Source: Planctomycetales bacterium
GTDB taxonomy: Bacteria; 4484-113; JAFGCY01
Direction: 5' to 3'
NCBI GenBank assembly: GCA_022646745.1
Contig: CP060262.1
Location: 1,495,149 to 1,559,148 of the forward strand
Length of the DNA stretch: 64,000 nt
Within the stretch, counting starts at the first letter, position 1, and each line of letters starts with the position of its first letter. The notes under the pieces were generated by a model, which was not told the origin of the DNA, searched no databases, and was given only the letters and a program-made list of their open reading frames with translations. This document shows, in pieces, positions 45,198 through 54,669 of this stretch. Both the position numbers and the translations under genes were made by a program.

Positions 45198-45452
45198 CTA
45201 CTGGCGTTCCTGCAGCTTGCGGTTGACAAGCGACTGGATGCGGCTGACGGTCTCGAATTCCTCCGTGCTGGCCTCGTCGTCGTCAATCTCGATCTCGAAT
45301 TCCTGCTCCAGGTACATCTTCAGGCTGACCATGGAGAACGAGTCCACCAGCCCGCTGGAGATCAGCGGGGTGTTGTCATCGACCTCCGTGCCGTCGTCAA
45401 CGTACTCATCATAGATGAACTGGATGATCTTCTCGCGCAACTCTGAGCTCAT
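45198..45452 (-). CDS. acyl carrier protein-like
   Basis: Acidic 84-aa protein with a phosphopantetheine-site-like GLVDSFSMVSL. Confidence 0.55.
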   Translation of the reverse strand: MSSELREKIIQFIYDEYVDDGTEVDDNTPLISSGLVDSFSMVSLKMYLEQEFEIEIDDDEASTEEFETVSRIQSLVNRKLQERQ

Positions 45453-45529
45453 TGCGGTCCTCCACAGATCTGGCAATCAGCGCCTGGGCGCCGGGTTCAA
45501 TTATAGCGAAGCGCGCGCCGGGCAGCGCT

Positions 45530-46015
45530 TCAGGAATCCATCGGCCGCGCGCCGGGCCAGCCATCGTCGTAGACGAATATCGACAGCACGCTGACGCCGT
45601 TCTCCACGTCGAGGTACAGCTGTGTAATGTATTTCCCGTCGGTCGAGATGAATTCGCGGGTGAGCGGCTTGTCCCAGTTAAGCTGGTAGCCCAGCTCCTC
45701 ATGCTGCGAATTGAACAGGCCGAGCTGCTCCTCCCAGCTCAGCGGGCAGGTGTAGGCGGTGCTCCACATATGCCCGCTGTTCTCACTGCGCTCGTTGAAG
45801 GGCATCCCGCTGGCGCGGTAGGGGTCGCCCTCATCGGCCGGGAAAGCGCCGGGCAGCGCAGCCGGGGTGGCATCAGGCGGGACGGCGATGGCCGCCACGG
45901 GCCACTTTAGCGGCATCGGGAAGGAAGCGGCCTCGGAGGCACTGGCCTGCCCATGCCTGTTGCAGCCCGTCGCTATCAGGCACAGCGCCAGCAGGCTCAG
46001 GCAGTATCTCAGCAC
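45530..46015 (-). CDS. hypothetical lipoprotein
   Basis: Lipobox LIATGCN. Confidence 0.4.
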   Translation of the reverse strand: MLRYCLSLLALCLIATGCNRHGQASASEAASFPMPLKWPVAAIAVPPDATPAALPGAFPADEGDPYRASGMPFNERSENSGHMWSTAYTCPLSWEEQLGLFNSQHEELGYQLNWDKPLTREFISTDGKYITQLYLDVENGVSVLSIFVYDDGWPGARPMDS

Positions 46016-46085
46016 GGATACATCTTACCGTGGATGCCTCCATGGGCTGGCAGGAGGGCAATGTTGTAGGTATAATCTTCGTCCT

Positions 46086-47393
46086 ATGTTCAACAAGATG
46101 CAGGATCGCATCCTCGGGGCTCTCAAGAACATGGCCAAGAGTGGCCGCCTGAGCGAAGCGGATGTGGAAAAGGGGCTGCGGGAGATCCGCCTGGCACTGC
46201 TGGAAGCGGACGTCAACCTCAGCGTTACCAAGAAGTTCATCAGCCGGGTGCAGCAGAAGGCCGTCGGCCAGGATGTGCTCGGCCAGCTCAACCCGATCGA
46301 CACGCTCGTGATGGTCGTGTACGAGGAGCTCACCGAGCTGCTCGGCGGCAAGGAGTACGACCCGAAGTTCGATCCCGGGGTGAAGCGCATCATGATGGTC
46401 GGCCTGCAGGGTAGTGGCAAGACCACCACCTCGGGCAAGCTGGCCAACCGCTTCAAGAGCGAGGGCAAGAAGCCGCTGCTGATTGCTGCCGACCTCAGCC
46501 GTCCGGCCGCGGTGGACCAGTTGCAGGTGCTCGGCAAGCAGATCCATGTGGATGTGTTCGCCGATCCGAAGAGCAACCCGGTGGACCTCGCGAAGAACGG
46601 CCTCAAGCAGGGCGACAAGGACAGCAACAACCCGGTGATCATCGATACCGCCGGCCGCCTGGCGATCGACGAGGAGCTGATGGACGAGCTGGTGAAGGTC
46701 AAGGAAGCCTTCAAGCCGGACGAGATCCTGCTCGTGGTGGATGCCCTGACCGGGCAGGATGCGGTCGAGACCGCCCAGAGATTCGATGAGAAGCTCAACA
46801 TCACCGGCATCGTGCTCACCAAGATGGACGGCGACGCCCGCGGTGGTGCCGCGATGTCCATGCGCGCCGTGACCGGCAAGCCGATCCGCCTGACGGGTAC
46901 CGGCGAGAAGCTCGACGCACTCGAGTACTTCTTCCCGGACCGGATGGCCAGCCGCATCCTCGGACGCGGTGACATTGCCACCCTGATCGAGAAGGCCAGC
47001 AAGGAATTCGACGATGAGGATGCCGAGAAGCTTGAGAAGAAGCTGCGCCGGCAGAAGACCTTCGACCTGGAGGACTTCATCGTGGCGCTCAGGCAGACCC
47101 GCCGCATGGGCAGCATGAAGAGCCTGCTGAACATGATCCCCGGCGTGCGCGTGACGGACGACCAGGCCGAGGCCGGTGAGAAGCAGCTGCGCAAGTTCGA
47201 GGCGATCGTGAACTCGATGACCCGCCAGGAGCGGCTGAACCCGAAGCTGCTCAACGCCAGCCGCCGCCGCCGCATCGCGATCGGCAGTGGCACCTCGGTG
47301 CAGGACATTAACAGCTTCATCAACAACTTCAAGCAGATGCAGCGGATGACGAGTACCATGCTCAAGAGCGGCGCCTTCAAGCGGATGCAGTAA
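46086..47393 (+). CDS. ffh: signal recognition particle protein
   Basis: N domain, G domain (GLQGSGKTTT, DTAGR, TKMDGDARGG) and a Met-rich M domain. ATG at 46086. Confidence 0.9.
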   Translation: MFNKMQDRILGALKNMAKSGRLSEADVEKGLREIRLALLEADVNLSVTKKFISRVQQKAVGQDVLGQLNPIDTLVMVVYEELTELLGGKEYDPKFDPGVKRIMMVGLQGSGKTTTSGKLANRFKSEGKKPLLIAADLSRPAAVDQLQVLGKQIHVDVFADPKSNPVDLAKNGLKQGDKDSNNPVIIDTAGRLAIDEELMDELVKVKEAFKPDEILLVVDALTGQDAVETAQRFDEKLNITGIVLTKMDGDARGGAAMSMRAVTGKPIRLTGTGEKLDALEYFFPDRMASRILGRGDIATLIEKASKEFDDEDAEKLEKKLRRQKTFDLEDFIVALRQTRRMGSMKSLLNMIPGVRVTDDQAEAGEKQLRKFEAIVNSMTRQERLNPKLLNASRRRRIAIGSGTSVQDINSFINNFKQMQRMTSTMLKSGAFKRMQ

Positions 47394-47394
47394 C

Positions 47395-47660
47395 TCAAGG
47401 TTTGCAGGGGGCAGGTTGCAGGGGGCAGGTATGACTGGAGGTCAGTCCCGCGCAGCAGGACTGACCAGGGGTGCTGCATCCCGCCGCAGGCAGGATGCAG
47501 TTCTATTTCTGCATACCGCCGGCAATGCGTTTAAGACCATGAAAGCAGGCAAACGAAGCGAGCTTCCGACATTGCTTCCGTGTGCTTGAAGTAATGTCAA
47601 TCCTGCTTCGCGGGATTGACCTCCTATAGTCAGTCCTGCTGCGCGGGACTGACATCCAGC
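47395..47660. repeat. cluster of REP-like stem-loops
   Basis: Tandem GGTTGCAGGGGGCAGG x2. GTCAGTCCCGCGCAGCAGGACTGAC (47441..47465). GCATCC-N12-GGATGC (47476..47498). CAATCC-N10-GGATTG (47598..47618). GTCAGTCC-N9-GGACTGAC (47629..47653). Confidence 0.55.
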
Positions 47661-47666
47661 CGCCTC

Positions 47667-48176
47667 CTACAGTTCGTAGCTGGCGTTCCTTGCCTCACTG
47701 TGACCCGGCAGTTCGTTATGTACCACCAGCCGCGGGCAGCTGGCCCACTTGCTTGCGAGGTCCTGCACCATGAACTTCTTCAGCGGTTCCGGCTGGAAGT
47801 TCGCTGCCATCAGCTCATCCGGTGTCAGCAGCTCGGGTGAAATCAGCTCCTCCTTGTCGGGCGTGAGCTGGCTGAGCAGGTCGCCCTCGACGGGGCGCAG
47901 CGGATGGCAGAGGAAGTAGTAGCCGATCTCATGCAGCTTGCTGCCCTGGCGCGCCCAGTAGTTCTCCATCAGGTAAAGCAGCTTTACCGGAGCGACCTCG
48001 AGGCCGATTTCCTCCTTGACCTCGCGCACCACGCTGTCGATCATCGGCTCGCCGACCTTCATATGGCCGCCGAGCAACGTCATGAATGGCGCGCGCTTGC
48101 CGTCGTCAAGCACGGTCACGAGGAACTTGCCGTCATGCACGATCACGGCGCGGGCGATCAGGTTCAGCGCAAACAT
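47667..48176 (-). CDS. NUDIX hydrolase
   Basis: Nudix box GGHMKVGEPMIDSVVREVKEEIG. Confidence 0.75.
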   Translation of the reverse strand: MFALNLIARAVIVHDGKFLVTVLDDGKRAPFMTLLGGHMKVGEPMIDSVVREVKEEIGLEVAPVKLLYLMENYWARQGSKLHEIGYYFLCHPLRPVEGDLLSQLTPDKEELISPELLTPDELMAANFQPEPLKKFMVQDLASKWASCPRLVVHNELPGHSEARNASYEL

Positions 48177-48356
48177 CGCTCAAGTGTAGCATTGCAGGAT
48201 TCCGGCTGGACCGCGCAGCAGGCGGCTGCCCCGCAAGCCGCATCAGCATTGGTTTAACCGCAATTTAACCATTGGCAAATCCATTCAATTATCTGGCGAA
48301 TTCTGCTAGGCTTTTATTGCCGCGGGCCGCGGCAAGGTTAGAGGGAGCTCGTCGGG

Positions 48357-48737
48357 ATGACAACGATCGCCAAGAACCAGTACGTAACCGTGATATCCAA
48401 TTTCCAGGTCAACCCGGGTGACCAGGACAGGCTGCTGAACCATCTGGTGGATGCCTTCAGCCGCGTGATCAGCAAGCAGCCGGGATTCATCGCCGCCAAT
48501 TTCCACAAGAGCCAGGACGGCACGAAGGTCGTGAACTACGCGCAGTGGGAAAGCCGCGAGGACTTCTACGCCTACCTCGAGAAGCCGATGGCCTGGGCCA
48601 CCGTGCGCGAGGCACTCAAGCTCGGGCATGCGGAGTACAACGTCTACGACGTCTATGAAATAGTCGAGAAGGACCCCGGCGGAGGGGTCGAGACCCGTGT
48701 GGTCGAACCCTCAGCGGTCAACAGCGTCAGGCAGTAG
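48357..48737 (+). CDS. antibiotic-biosynthesis-monooxygenase (ABM) domain protein
   Basis: Ferredoxin-like ABM pattern (VTVISNFQV..FIAANFHKS..VNYAQWESREDF). Confidence 0.5.
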   Translation: MTTIAKNQYVTVISNFQVNPGDQDRLLNHLVDAFSRVISKQPGFIAANFHKSQDGTKVVNYAQWESREDFYAYLEKPMAWATVREALKLGHAEYNVYDVYEIVEKDPGGGVETRVVEPSAVNSVRQ

Positions 48738-48752
48738 GCCAACTTAAAGCGA

Positions 48753-49667
48753 CTACTCGTCGTCCCCGTCGCGATCCACCGGGGTGATCTCCGGGCGGTT
48801 CTCGCGTTCCTTCGGCAGGTTCCACAGCTTGGCAATGAACTCGCCCTTGCGCCGCGCACTCATCTTACTGACCTCGCCGAGGTGGCTGTCCTGGTTCCAG
48901 CCGCCGCTCTTCAGCATCTTGCGCAGCACCCGCATCTCACCCTTGGAGAAGGTGCGCGAGTTGAGGATGTGCTCCTCGAAGGCCTCGAAGGCCACCGGGC
49001 AGACCGCGCGGGCGCACTCCGCCATCGCCTCGGCGTAGACGCGGATCTCATACTGCGCATGCGGGTCGAGCCGCAGGCGCAGGAAGTGGAACAGGTTGTG
49101 CAGGTCGATCTGCCAGTACCACTCGGTGTAGAGCGAAAGCGGCAGGTTGATGCGGGCCAGCTCACGCGCCATGCCCTGCTCGACCATCTCCTCATAGTGG
49201 CTGTAGAGCTGCTTCTGGTCGCCACCGATCTCATCCACCATCCGCTTCGCGTAGTCCGCCGGCATGCTGTCGCCGCTGCCCTGCTTGTTGTCCAGGCTCT
49301 GGAATTGCACGCGGGCCTCATCCGGGACGTAGAACTCGTCCGTCATGATGCTGTAGCGCCCGCTGACCTCATTGAGCCGTGCGGTGCGGTGGCGCACCCA
49401 CTGGCGGGCCACGAAGATCGGCATCTTGCAGTGGAAGGTCATCTGCACCTGCTCAAACGGGCTGGTATGCCAGTTGCGCAGCAGGTAGTTGATCAGGCCC
49501 TTGTCCTCACGCACGCTCTTGGTGCCGGAGCCGTAGCTGACACGTGCACTCTGCACGATGCTGTGGTCCCCGCCCATGTAATCCACCAGGCGCACGAAGC
49601 CCTTGTCGAGCACCTTGAACTGCTTGTTGAGGATTGCATCGGCGGCCGGGACGTTATTGCGGGGCAT
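48753..49667 (-). CDS. thyX: FAD-dependent thymidylate synthase
   Basis: ThyX motif RHRTARLNEVSGRYS. ATG at 49667. Confidence 0.85.
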   Translation of the reverse strand: MPRNNVPAADAILNKQFKVLDKGFVRLVDYMGGDHSIVQSARVSYGSGTKSVREDKGLINYLLRNWHTSPFEQVQMTFHCKMPIFVARQWVRHRTARLNEVSGRYSIMTDEFYVPDEARVQFQSLDNKQGSGDSMPADYAKRMVDEIGGDQKQLYSHYEEMVEQGMARELARINLPLSLYTEWYWQIDLHNLFHFLRLRLDPHAQYEIRVYAEAMAECARAVCPVAFEAFEEHILNSRTFSKGEMRVLRKMLKSGGWNQDSHLGEVSKMSARRKGEFIAKLWNLPKERENRPEITPVDRDGDDE

Positions 49668-49787
49668 CAGAAAATTATATGACACAAACCTGCGTCCCAC
49701 GGCGCACGGCATCAACGGGGCGGTGCGGGACGGCAGGTCCCGGCCAGGCGGTTGCTGCTAACATAGGCGTTTCGCAGGTACACACAC

Positions 49788-51473
49788 ATGGAAAAATCAG
49801 ATCTGAACCCCCGGCTGGACTGGCCGGCCCTGAAGCTTGAGCTCGAGGAGCTCACCGAACAGGAACTCACCGAAGAGAGCATCGATGGCTGGCTGCGCCG
49901 CTGGACCGAACTGGCCTACCAGCTGATCGAATACGCCACGCTCGTGCACCTCGCCACGATGGTGGATACACGGGATACCGAGGCGCAGGAGCGCTACCGG
50001 CAGTACATCGACACCATCGACCCGCAGGCCAAGGAGCTGGACCAGCGCCTCAAGCAGGTGCTGCTGGACAGCGGCATCGTGCCGGAGGGGATGGAAGTGC
50101 CGCTGCGCCGGCTGCGCGGTGAAGCCGAGCTGTACCGCGAGGAGAACCTGCCGCTGCAGGCGAAGCTTGCCAAGCTCGGGATGGAGTACAACGAGATCTG
50201 CGGCAACTGGAGCGTCGAGTGGGATGGCCAGCAGCTGCCGATCGCCGCGCTGCGCCGCTTCGTGGAGAACAATGACCGCACAGTTCGAGAGAAAGCCTGG
50301 CGGATGGGTGCCGACCGGATGAAGCAGGACCGCGAGCGGCTCAGTGCAATCTGGAGTGAGATGCTGGAGCTGCGCCTGCAGGTCGCAAGGAACGCCGGCT
50401 TCGACAGTTTCACCGACTACACCTGGCAGAGCTGGGGCCGCCATGACTATTCCCCGCAGGATGCGCGGACCTTCCAGCAGGCGGTGCTGTCCGTTGTCAC
50501 CCCGGCGCTCAGCCGCCAGCTCAGCCGCCGCAGTGGCAGCCTCGGCGTTGGCAGCCTGCGCCCCTGGGACCTGACCTGCGACAGCGAGGGCCGCGCCCCG
50601 CTGCAGCCCTTCGCGGATGCGACAGAGCTGGAGCAGCGCACCGGCGAGGTCTACGGTCGCCTCGATGAGCGCCTTGGCAACTGGGTCTCTGAGATGAGCC
50701 GCGACCGCCTGTTCGACCTTGCCAACCGTGACGGCAAGGCCCCGGGCGGCTTCATGACCGTGCTGCCGCAGCGCTGGCAGCCCTTCATCTTCATGAACGC
50801 CGTCGGCATGAGCGCCGATGTGCGCGTGATGCTGCATGAATGCGGCCACGCCTTCCACGTCTACCAGACCGGCGAGCTGCCCTACATGCAGCAGCGGGAC
50901 GTTCCGATGGAATTCTCCGAGGTTGCCAGCATGGCGATGGAGCTGCTGGCAGCGCCCTACCTGACGGCTGACAACGGCGGCTTCTACAGCGCGGAGGACC
51001 ATGCCCGCGACCATACGAGCCAGCTGGAGTACATCATCTTCACCTGGGTGATGATCGCGATCGGTGATGCCCTGCAGCACTGGATCTACGCTAACCCAGA
51101 AGAGGCGAAGGACGCTGCCAATGTGTCGGCGAAGTACCTGGAGCTGTTCAAGCAGTACTACCCGGATGTTGACACGACGGGCATCGAGGATGAGATCGCC
51201 TGGAACTGGCAGCGCGTGCTGCACTTCTTCCTCTACCCGTTCTACTACATCGACTACGGCCTGGCGCAGCTCGGAGCCGTGCAGATCTGGGCGAACTCGC
51301 TTGAGGATGAGAAGCAGGCCGTCACGCAGTACCTGAGCGGCCTGGCACTCGGTGGCACGGCGACCCTGCCGCAGCTGTTCGAGACCGCCGGTGCGCACTT
51401 CGGCTTCGATGAGGCGACCTTTGGCAACGCGGTGGGCCTGATCGAGGGCAAGCTGGCTGAGATGGCTGGCTAG
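49788..51473 (+). CDS. M3 family oligoendopeptidase (PepF-like)
   Basis: Zinc site HECGHAFH plus a downstream Glu (EFSEVAS). Confidence 0.8.
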   Translation: MEKSDLNPRLDWPALKLELEELTEQELTEESIDGWLRRWTELAYQLIEYATLVHLATMVDTRDTEAQERYRQYIDTIDPQAKELDQRLKQVLLDSGIVPEGMEVPLRRLRGEAELYREENLPLQAKLAKLGMEYNEICGNWSVEWDGQQLPIAALRRFVENNDRTVREKAWRMGADRMKQDRERLSAIWSEMLELRLQVARNAGFDSFTDYTWQSWGRHDYSPQDARTFQQAVLSVVTPALSRQLSRRSGSLGVGSLRPWDLTCDSEGRAPLQPFADATELEQRTGEVYGRLDERLGNWVSEMSRDRLFDLANRDGKAPGGFMTVLPQRWQPFIFMNAVGMSADVRVMLHECGHAFHVYQTGELPYMQQRDVPMEFSEVASMAMELLAAPYLTADNGGFYSAEDHARDHTSQLEYIIFTWVMIAIGDALQHWIYANPEEAKDAANVSAKYLELFKQYYPDVDTTGIEDEIAWNWQRVLHFFLYPFYYIDYGLAQLGAVQIWANSLEDEKQAVTQYLSGLALGGTATLPQLFETAGAHFGFDEATFGNAVGLIEGKLAEMAG

Positions 51474-51479
51474 GGGAGG

Positions 51480-51712
51480 CCAGGCTGTAAGCCTGGCAAC
51501 GGAGGTCAGACGAAAGTCTGACAACCACGCCTCGCTGTCGCTCCGCGTGGCAGGCAGGTTGGAGTTTGGAGAGGGGAGTTTGGAGGTCAGCCGTGAGGGT
51601 GATAAGCGGAGCCGCGAAGCGCAGCTTCGCAGGCTCTGGAACGAAGTGGCAAGCCAAATTGCGAGCTTGCGCAGCTCAGGCTTTGCCATCGCAACGCAGC
51701 TCCCGCGCCAGA
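51480..51712. repeat. intergenic stem-loop cluster
   Basis: CCAGGCT-gtaa-AGCCTGG. GTCAGAC-gaaa-GTCTGAC. GCGAAGC-gca-GCTTCGC, and others. Related to the elements at 42291. Confidence 0.5.
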
Positions 51713-51713
51713 C

Positions 51714-52091
51714 TTACCCCTGACCTCCGGATACATAGTCCCGCGCGGCGTGGATCATCTCCTCCTCGGCGCGGATCTCCTCGAGGTCCGGCTTGTCAAC
51801 ATAGACCCAGCCTTTCATGGCCTTGCCCGGGCCCATCGGCTCGAAGGGCCGGCCCCGGCCCTCCTCGAACATCTCGTTGGCAAGTTCCTCACTGAGCTTG
51901 AGGGTGATGCCGTGTTCCCAGGCGGAGACGAAGAGCTTCTTCTTCCCGCCCACCAGCACGTACCAGGAGGGATGGCCCATCATCTGCCCGCGTACGATGC
52001 CGTCGTCGCCATCAAACAGCTCGTCCAGCAGCTGCACCACATCCTCGCGGTAGCCCGGCCAACCTGATTGTTCCTTCTTCTTCGTTGCCAC
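51714..52091 (-). CDS. MmcQ/YjbR-family protein (putative)
   Basis: C-terminal W.YV....LEEI...EEMI..ARDYV pattern. Confidence 0.4.
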   Translation of the reverse strand: MATKKKEQSGWPGYREDVVQLLDELFDGDDGIVRGQMMGHPSWYVLVGGKKKLFVSAWEHGITLKLSEELANEMFEEGRGRPFEPMGPGKAMKGWVYVDKPDLEEIRAEEEMIHAARDYVSGGQG

Positions 52092-52469
52092 CTAATTCCC
52101 CTTGCGCTGGTTTGTGGAAAACAGGCCGATGTGGTTGCCATGCGGGTCCTCGAAGGAAGCCCACCAGCCAAAGCCGGTGTCCTCAGCCCCGATATGCAGG
52201 CGTTCCGTCAGCACCTTCCCGCCGAGTTGTGTGACCATTGCCAGCCGGGCCTCCAGGTCCTCGACCTTGACGAAAATTACCGGGCCGGACCTCGGGCTCG
52301 GTTCGCGGCCGGTGGTGAATCCGCCACCCAGTCCCTGCTCGCCGTCATTGAACAGCAGGTAGCTCTCCGTATTGGGCACGAAGCTCCAGCCGAACAGGCT
52401 GCCGTAGAAGTCCTGCGACTCGGCCAGGCTGCGTGAGGGTATGTTGATATGGCAGATGCTGTCAGGCAT
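52092..52469 (-). CDS. VOC (glyoxalase/bleomycin-resistance) family protein
   Basis: HINIPSRSL..FYGSLFGW and HGNHIGLF VOC motifs. Confidence 0.7.
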   Translation of the reverse strand: MPDSICHINIPSRSLAESQDFYGSLFGWSFVPNTESYLLFNDGEQGLGGGFTTGREPSPRSGPVIFVKVEDLEARLAMVTQLGGKVLTERLHIGAEDTGFGWWASFEDPHGNHIGLFSTNQRKGN

Positions 52470-52489
52470 GGTCTACTCCAGAGGGATCA

Positions 52490-53005
52490 TCATGCCAATG
52501 TACCAGAGGGACGGATCGCATCCTCCACCGGCCGGCCCTCGGCATAGTCCTTCAGGCGCTTGCCCAGCAGTTCGGTCCAGCCCTCGACGTAACCGGAGTG
52601 GCTGTCCTCGGCGTACTGGTTGAAGCAGTGGTGGCTCAGTTTCACCGTCGTGCCCTTGCCATCCTCCCTCGTCTCGAACACCAGCCGGAACATGCCGGCC
52701 CCGCTCCACATCACGCCCTCCGGGATGGAAAAGCTGATCATCCGGCCCGGGCTCAGGCTCTGCACCATTGCCCACAGGCAACCGCCGCCTCCTTCCCAGA
52801 CCTCCATCAGCCTGCCACCGGGCTGCTGCTCGATGACAATCTCCGTGGTGCGCGGGCCGCCCATCACCCAGTCCCGGCTCCACCAGTGCGAAATGCCGTT
52901 GACATAGGCGTCGTAGACATGGGCCGGTTCGGCGTTGACAGGAATCTCCTGCTCAATCTGCACGAAGGCATATTCAACCCTGTCAGTCTTTCCCTCAATC
53001 TTCAT
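52490..53005 (-). CDS. SRPBCC (Aha1/activator of Hsp90 ATPase-like) domain protein
   Basis: I.A.PE.V..A......W......G..T.F.LV SRPBCC pattern and the GYVEGW C-terminal motif. Confidence 0.65.
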   Translation of the reverse strand: MKIEGKTDRVEYAFVQIEQEIPVNAEPAHVYDAYVNGISHWWSRDWVMGGPRTTEIVIEQQPGGRLMEVWEGGGGCLWAMVQSLSPGRMISFSIPEGVMWSGAGMFRLVFETREDGKGTTVKLSHHCFNQYAEDSHSGYVEGWTELLGKRLKDYAEGRPVEDAIRPSGTLA

Positions 53006-53027
53006 TCCCGCTCTCCCTGTCTCGCAG

Positions 53028-53657
53028 TCACTCGGAATCCATCGGCATCACTTCAAGCGGCACGATCGCATCCTCGATCACTTCGCCCTCGCAGTACATG
53101 CGGAAGTTCTCGGCCACGAGCTTGGTCCAGCCGAAGGCGTAGCCCTCCGCGCCGTCAATTTCAGCATCGTACTGCTGGAAGGAGCGGTGCTCAAGCAGCA
53201 GGTCCGTACCGCCTTCGGTTCCCGGATTGAAGCTGATGTTGATCGAACCGGCCCCGCTCCAGAAGCTGCCCTCTGGAACGCTCATGCCGAGGAAGCTGCC
53301 CGGGACCACCTGGATCACGTTGGCCCACAGGCTTTCGCCGTTCTCGTCAATCTCCAGCAGGCGTCCACTGGCGTAGGCCTCCAGCTGCATGTTGAGGCAG
53401 CTTTCGCCACCCATCGTGAAGCCCTTGCTCCACCAGTTGCTGGTTTCGCCGACGAACTTCTCATATACATCCCAGGGTTCCAGCTCGAGGTGCATTGCCA
53501 GAGTCACGCTGGCATCGCCAACCATGGTTTCCTGCCAGCTCGTCTCAATCGAATAGGGCAGGCCAGCTTCACTGCCGGACTCCTGTGCGAGGGCCTGTCC
53601 GCCAGATGCGAGGCTGGCCAGCAGCAACGCGATGATGATCCGTGTTCCCATTGTCAA
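53028..53657 (-). CDS. SRPBCC domain protein with signal peptide
   Basis: Signal peptide IIIALLLASLASGGQALA. GFTMGG and GYAFGW Aha1 motifs. Confidence 0.6.
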   Translation of the reverse strand: MTMGTRIIIALLLASLASGGQALAQESGSEAGLPYSIETSWQETMVGDASVTLAMHLELEPWDVYEKFVGETSNWWSKGFTMGGESCLNMQLEAYASGRLLEIDENGESLWANVIQVVPGSFLGMSVPEGSFWSGAGSINISFNPGTEGGTDLLLEHRSFQQYDAEIDGAEGYAFGWTKLVAENFRMYCEGEVIEDAIVPLEVMPMDSE

Positions 53658-53680
53658 CTCCTTTAGCTACGGCCTGCCTG

Positions 53681-54196
53681 TCAGGCCTGTTGCCGAGCCC
53701 ATTCCGGTTCATGTCCGAGGCCCAGCCTCGTACCATTCTCGCACCAGTTGCGCAGGCGCTCGCCCAGCAGGTCATCCCAGCCGCGGCCGTAGTTCTGCTG
53801 CTGCTCGGGCTTGAACAGGCCGAGCGCGCTGTGGCGGAACTTCAGTATGGTGCCACCGTTGCCGTTGTCACTGAGCATGTAGCTCCAGTTGCCGAAGCTC
53901 GGCCAGGCCATCCCACAGCTGCCCTCAAGCTCGAGGTAGCTGCCGGGAGTGAAGCCGCTGATGATGCCCCAGACGACATGCGTGCCGTCGGCACCCTTCT
54001 CAAGCATTGCGCCGCCGCCGCGCAGCTCCAGGCTGATTTCCACCGTGTCATCACAGCACTTGTAAGGCGCACCCCACCAGGCCTGTGTTTCCTCGGTGAG
54101 TGCCCGCCAGACGCGGTCCGGAGGCGCAGCGATCGTGTATTCGGCCTGGACCTCCATCCGGTTCAGGCTCACTACCGGTAGTGCATTGTCAGTCAT
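53681..54196 (-). CDS. SRPBCC (Aha1-like) domain protein
   Basis: IAAPPDRVWRALTEE..W; GRGWDDLL. Confidence 0.65.
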   Translation of the reverse strand: MTDNALPVVSLNRMEVQAEYTIAAPPDRVWRALTEETQAWWGAPYKCCDDTVEISLELRGGGAMLEKGADGTHVVWGIISGFTPGSYLELEGSCGMAWPSFGNWSYMLSDNGNGGTILKFRHSALGLFKPEQQQNYGRGWDDLLGERLRNWCENGTRLGLGHEPEWARQQA

Positions 54197-54240
54197 TGCT
54201 TGCTCCTTTGTTCCACCCCTTGGACGCCCGCTGGCGCGAA

Positions 54241-54597
54241 CTACTGTGCGGCCGGGTTCTGGTGCAGGCCGACGATGTTGCCACTGGGGTCCTTGAAGAA
54301 TGCGGACCAGCCGACATCGGGGCTGATTTCCATCTTCGGCACGACGACCGTGCCGCCCAGCTGGGCCACCTTCACGAGCGCTGCGTCAATGTCATCGACA
54401 TTCACGTAGACCACCGTCTGCGGGGTGCCCTCCGGGCAGTTCTCGCGGAAGCCGCCGCCGGGACCGCTGTCCGGCATCCAGACATCATAGCCGGGCATGA
54501 AGGACTGCATCTTCCAGCCGAACAGGCCGCCGTAGAACTCGGACAGTGCCTTGTTGTCAGCGGAAGCGAATTCTATCCAGTCAATGTGAAAAGCCAT
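54241..54597 (-). CDS. VOC family protein
   Basis: FHIDWIEF..FYGGLFGW; PSGNIVGL. Confidence 0.7.
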   Translation of the reverse strand: MAFHIDWIEFASADNKALSEFYGGLFGWKMQSFMPGYDVWMPDSGPGGGFRENCPEGTPQTVVYVNVDDIDAALVKVAQLGGTVVVPKMEISPDVGWSAFFKDPSGNIVGLHQNPAAQ

Positions 54598-54669
54598 TTC
54601 CCTTTCTCCTGTGATCCGGGGGAGGCGCTGCCCGGCCGCAGTGCGGCTGGCAGCACCTCCCGCCTGGTA

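Noticed and set aside
39481-51712. tRNA or other structured RNA genes in the long repeat-rich intergenic regions (39481..39582, 42290..42838, 43631..43921, 47394..47666, 51474..51713).
   Set aside because: I saw no cloverleaf, no T-loop GTTCRANYC and no 3' CCA context. The structures are simple hairpins of shared repeat families. I cannot rule out a small ncRNA without covariance-model searches.
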